From Spirochaetota bacterium (GTDB taxonomy: Bacteria; Spirochaetota; UBA4802; UBA5550): a stretch of 64,000 bases of DNA. Position 1 is the first letter of the stretch. Each line of letters starts with the position of its first letter. Under the pieces are notes generated by a model. The model saw nothing but the letters and a program-made list of their open reading frames with translations. It searched no databases and had not been told where the DNA came from. This document shows positions 62,117 to 64,000 of this stretch, piece after piece. The stretch covers positions 2,144,001-2,208,000 of the forward strand of contig CAXXHB010000003.1 of the NCBI GenBank assembly GCA_963664815.2, given 5' to 3'. The position numbers were made by a program, and so were the translations under genes.

Positions 62117-64000
62117 ATGTCAACATTTGAAAATTATCCAATCATTAACGAATGCAGTGACCGTGATATTGATGTTAACAGCAATCAACCATTTATACAA
62201 TTCCCGGATATACTAGTCGGACGCGAAAAAGAAACAAAAGAATTAATTGAAGCTTTTAACAGCGTTTGCTTCGGATCAAGTGCTGTAACCTTGATATCCG
62301 GCCATGCAGGTTCCGGCAAAACCACTCTTGTGAAAAAGATAAGAGATAAAGCTGTTGAAAAAGGCGCCCTGTTTGTTTCTGGCAAAGCAGACCAATACAG
62401 CACAAATATACCTTACGAAACATTTACACAATTTGTTAAAATGCTTGTAAATAGTCTCCTTATGCTGAATGACAGCCAGCTTGTTTCTTTCAGAAAAATA
62501 TTAACCGACACCCTTGGTAAAGATATTAACCTGCTGTCTGATTTAATACCTGAGGTGAAATATATTACCGGTTATACCGTGAAAAATAAAAAACCTGCTG
62601 ACGGGAATCCTGAAAACAGATTTAAAAATACAATAACCACATTTTTAAAAATAACAGCTGCTCAATACTGCTCACTGATTATCTTTGTTGATGATATGCA
62701 CTGGACCGATTCCGCCACTATTAAAATAATAAAACATATTATTGATGAGAAGATTCCCGGGCTTTACATCATAGGCGCTTACCGTATAAATGAAATCAGT
62801 AAAGATCATGCGATTGTAAAAATGATCACCGAAGCAGAACTTTCCTCCGGTGAACATCATATTTTAAATATTGAATCACTTAATTATAATGATGTTGAAG
62901 ATATAATTACTTTAACTCTGGAAGATAACTCACCGCGTATTAAAAAGCTGTCAGCCTATGTTTTTAAAAAAACAGGCGGGAATCCGTTTTATCTCCGGGA
63001 ATTTATCCAGAATTTAATCATAAAGAAATGTCTGTTGTACGAAAATTGCTGCTGGAGATGGGATGAATATAAAAGCACGACAATGCCTGCGACTGAGAAT
63101 GTATTGAATCTGCTTTCAGATAAGATAAACACCCTGAGTGATAATGAACAAAAAATTTTAAAGATGTCCGCATGTATAGGAAACAGCTTCTCAGCAGAAC
63201 TTCTGATACTTATCTTGAATACCAAACGAAGCATTGTTTCCGGTATACTGCACCGTCTTGAAAGGGAGAATTATATTATTACAAAAGATAATTCCGGCGT
63301 TTACGCCTTCAGTCATGATAAAATCCATGAAGCAGCATACGATCTCATGACCACTGAACAGAAAAGTGAAATGCACGGCATAATAGGCGAAATGCTTTTA
63401 AGACTTTCAGGTACGGCAGATGAACAGATATTTGCTGTCACGGATCATCTTAACCGTGCAGATAAAAGAATGACAGATATTTCTGAACTCGCAAAACTTA
63501 ATTTTGACGCAGGTTTAAAGGCAAAAAATAATTTCGCATATGATGCGGCAATATCATATCTGGAAAAATCGGCAGATCTTTACAAAACTGCAGGAAATAA
63601 AGACCGCAATCTGAATTTCAGAATAATTAATGCTTACAGTGAGTGTCTTTACCTGAATGCTGAATATGAAAAATCTGAAATGGCAGCCTATAAGGCAATT
63701 GAACTGACAGATGAAGTATTAGAAAAGTGCAATATTTACAACAGAGTTATGATGATGAAATCCATTCAGTTGAAATATGATGAATCAGCAGATATCGGTT
63801 TAAATGCTCTAAAACCTTTCGGAATCCGGTTTGAATCGGATATGAATATGCGTGAAAAGCAGTTAGAAGAGATAAGATCAACCCTGACTCCTCTCCTGAA
63901 TAAGATTTCTGTTGGTGATATTTTGAATCTGCCTGAATGCAAACGACCTGATATCCATACGATTACACAACTGTTAAAAAATCTGAGCGGGGCCCTTTAT
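62117..64000 (+). CDS. AAA_16 ATPase/TPR multidomain sensor, 5' part, runs off the window
   Basis: Manual translation from ATG 62117: LVGREKE, ISGHAGSGKTTLV, GKADQY...PY, FVDDMHWTD, GAYR.NE, TGGNPFY, FSHDKIHEAAY. Confidence 0.85.
   Translation, partial: MSTFENYPIINECSDRDIDVNSNQPFIQFPDILVGREKETKELIEAFNSVCFGSSAVTLISGHAGSGKTTLVKKIRDKAVEKGALFVSGKADQYSTNIPYETFTQFVKMLVNSLLMLNDSQLVSFRKILTDTLGKDINLLSDLIPEVKYITGYTVKNKKPADGNPENRFKNTITTFLKITAAQYCSLIIFVDDMHWTDSATIKIIKHIIDEKIPGLYIIGAYRINEISKDHAIVKMITEAELSSGEHHILNIESLNYNDVEDIITLTLEDNSPRIKKLSAYVFKKTGGNPFYLREFIQNLIIKKCLLYENCCWRWDEYKSTTMPATENVLNLLSDKINTLSDNEQKILKMSACIGNSFSAELLILILNTKRSIVSGILHRLERENYIITKDNSGVYAFSHDKIHEAAYDLMTTEQKSEMHGIIGEMLLRLSGTADEQIFAVTDHLNRADKRMTDISELAKLNFDAGLKAKNNFAYDAAISYLEKSADLYKTAGNKDRNLNFRIINAYSECLYLNAEYEKSEMAAYKAIELTDEVLEKCNIYNRVMMMKSIQLKYDESADIGLNALKPFGIRFESDMNMREKQLEEIRSTLTPLLNKISVGDILNLPECKRPDIHTITQLLKNLSGALY

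Noticed and set aside
62185-63376. Four short minus-strand ORFs
   Set aside because: Antisense to the long plus-strand AAA ATPase frame starting at 62117

Overview
AT-rich bacterial chromosomal window. The gene content suggests an anaerobic spirochaete (inference from aspS-phoH-7TM-HD order, SH3 and FlgD-Ig exported proteins, an FGE lipoprotein, 7TM-DISM sensors and OFOR/SOR redox genes). Housekeeping genes (aspS, phoH, csp, corC-like, recO, avtA, hisA, ilvD, tRNA-Thr(CGT)) are interleaved with accessory genes. No CRISPR array, rRNA, prophage, integrase or reverse transcriptase was seen. Most notable: (1) a 15.7-24 kb signalling locus with two apparently dead GHKL-type proteins, an RsbW-like ORF and a PAS3-pseudoHK-REC-LuxR fusion, next to an MCP and an intact NarL-type pair; (2) a GDPD-fold protein that has lost its catalytic residues; (3) a coupled HD-domain + CX5CX2C radical SAM/HhH pair; (4) a redox cluster with a rubredoxin-SOR fusion and a His-rich membrane protein plus a 31-aa microprotein sharing a WWxVH motif, behind a CRP/FNR-type box; (5) an unlisted 56-aa Cys4 ORF; (6) a REC-PAS-GAF gene whose kinase core appears deleted; (7) a complete IS3 with a 3-bp TSD splitting an outer-membrane barrel gene that re-joins in frame. 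All family calls come from motif recognition by eye; no database searches were run.
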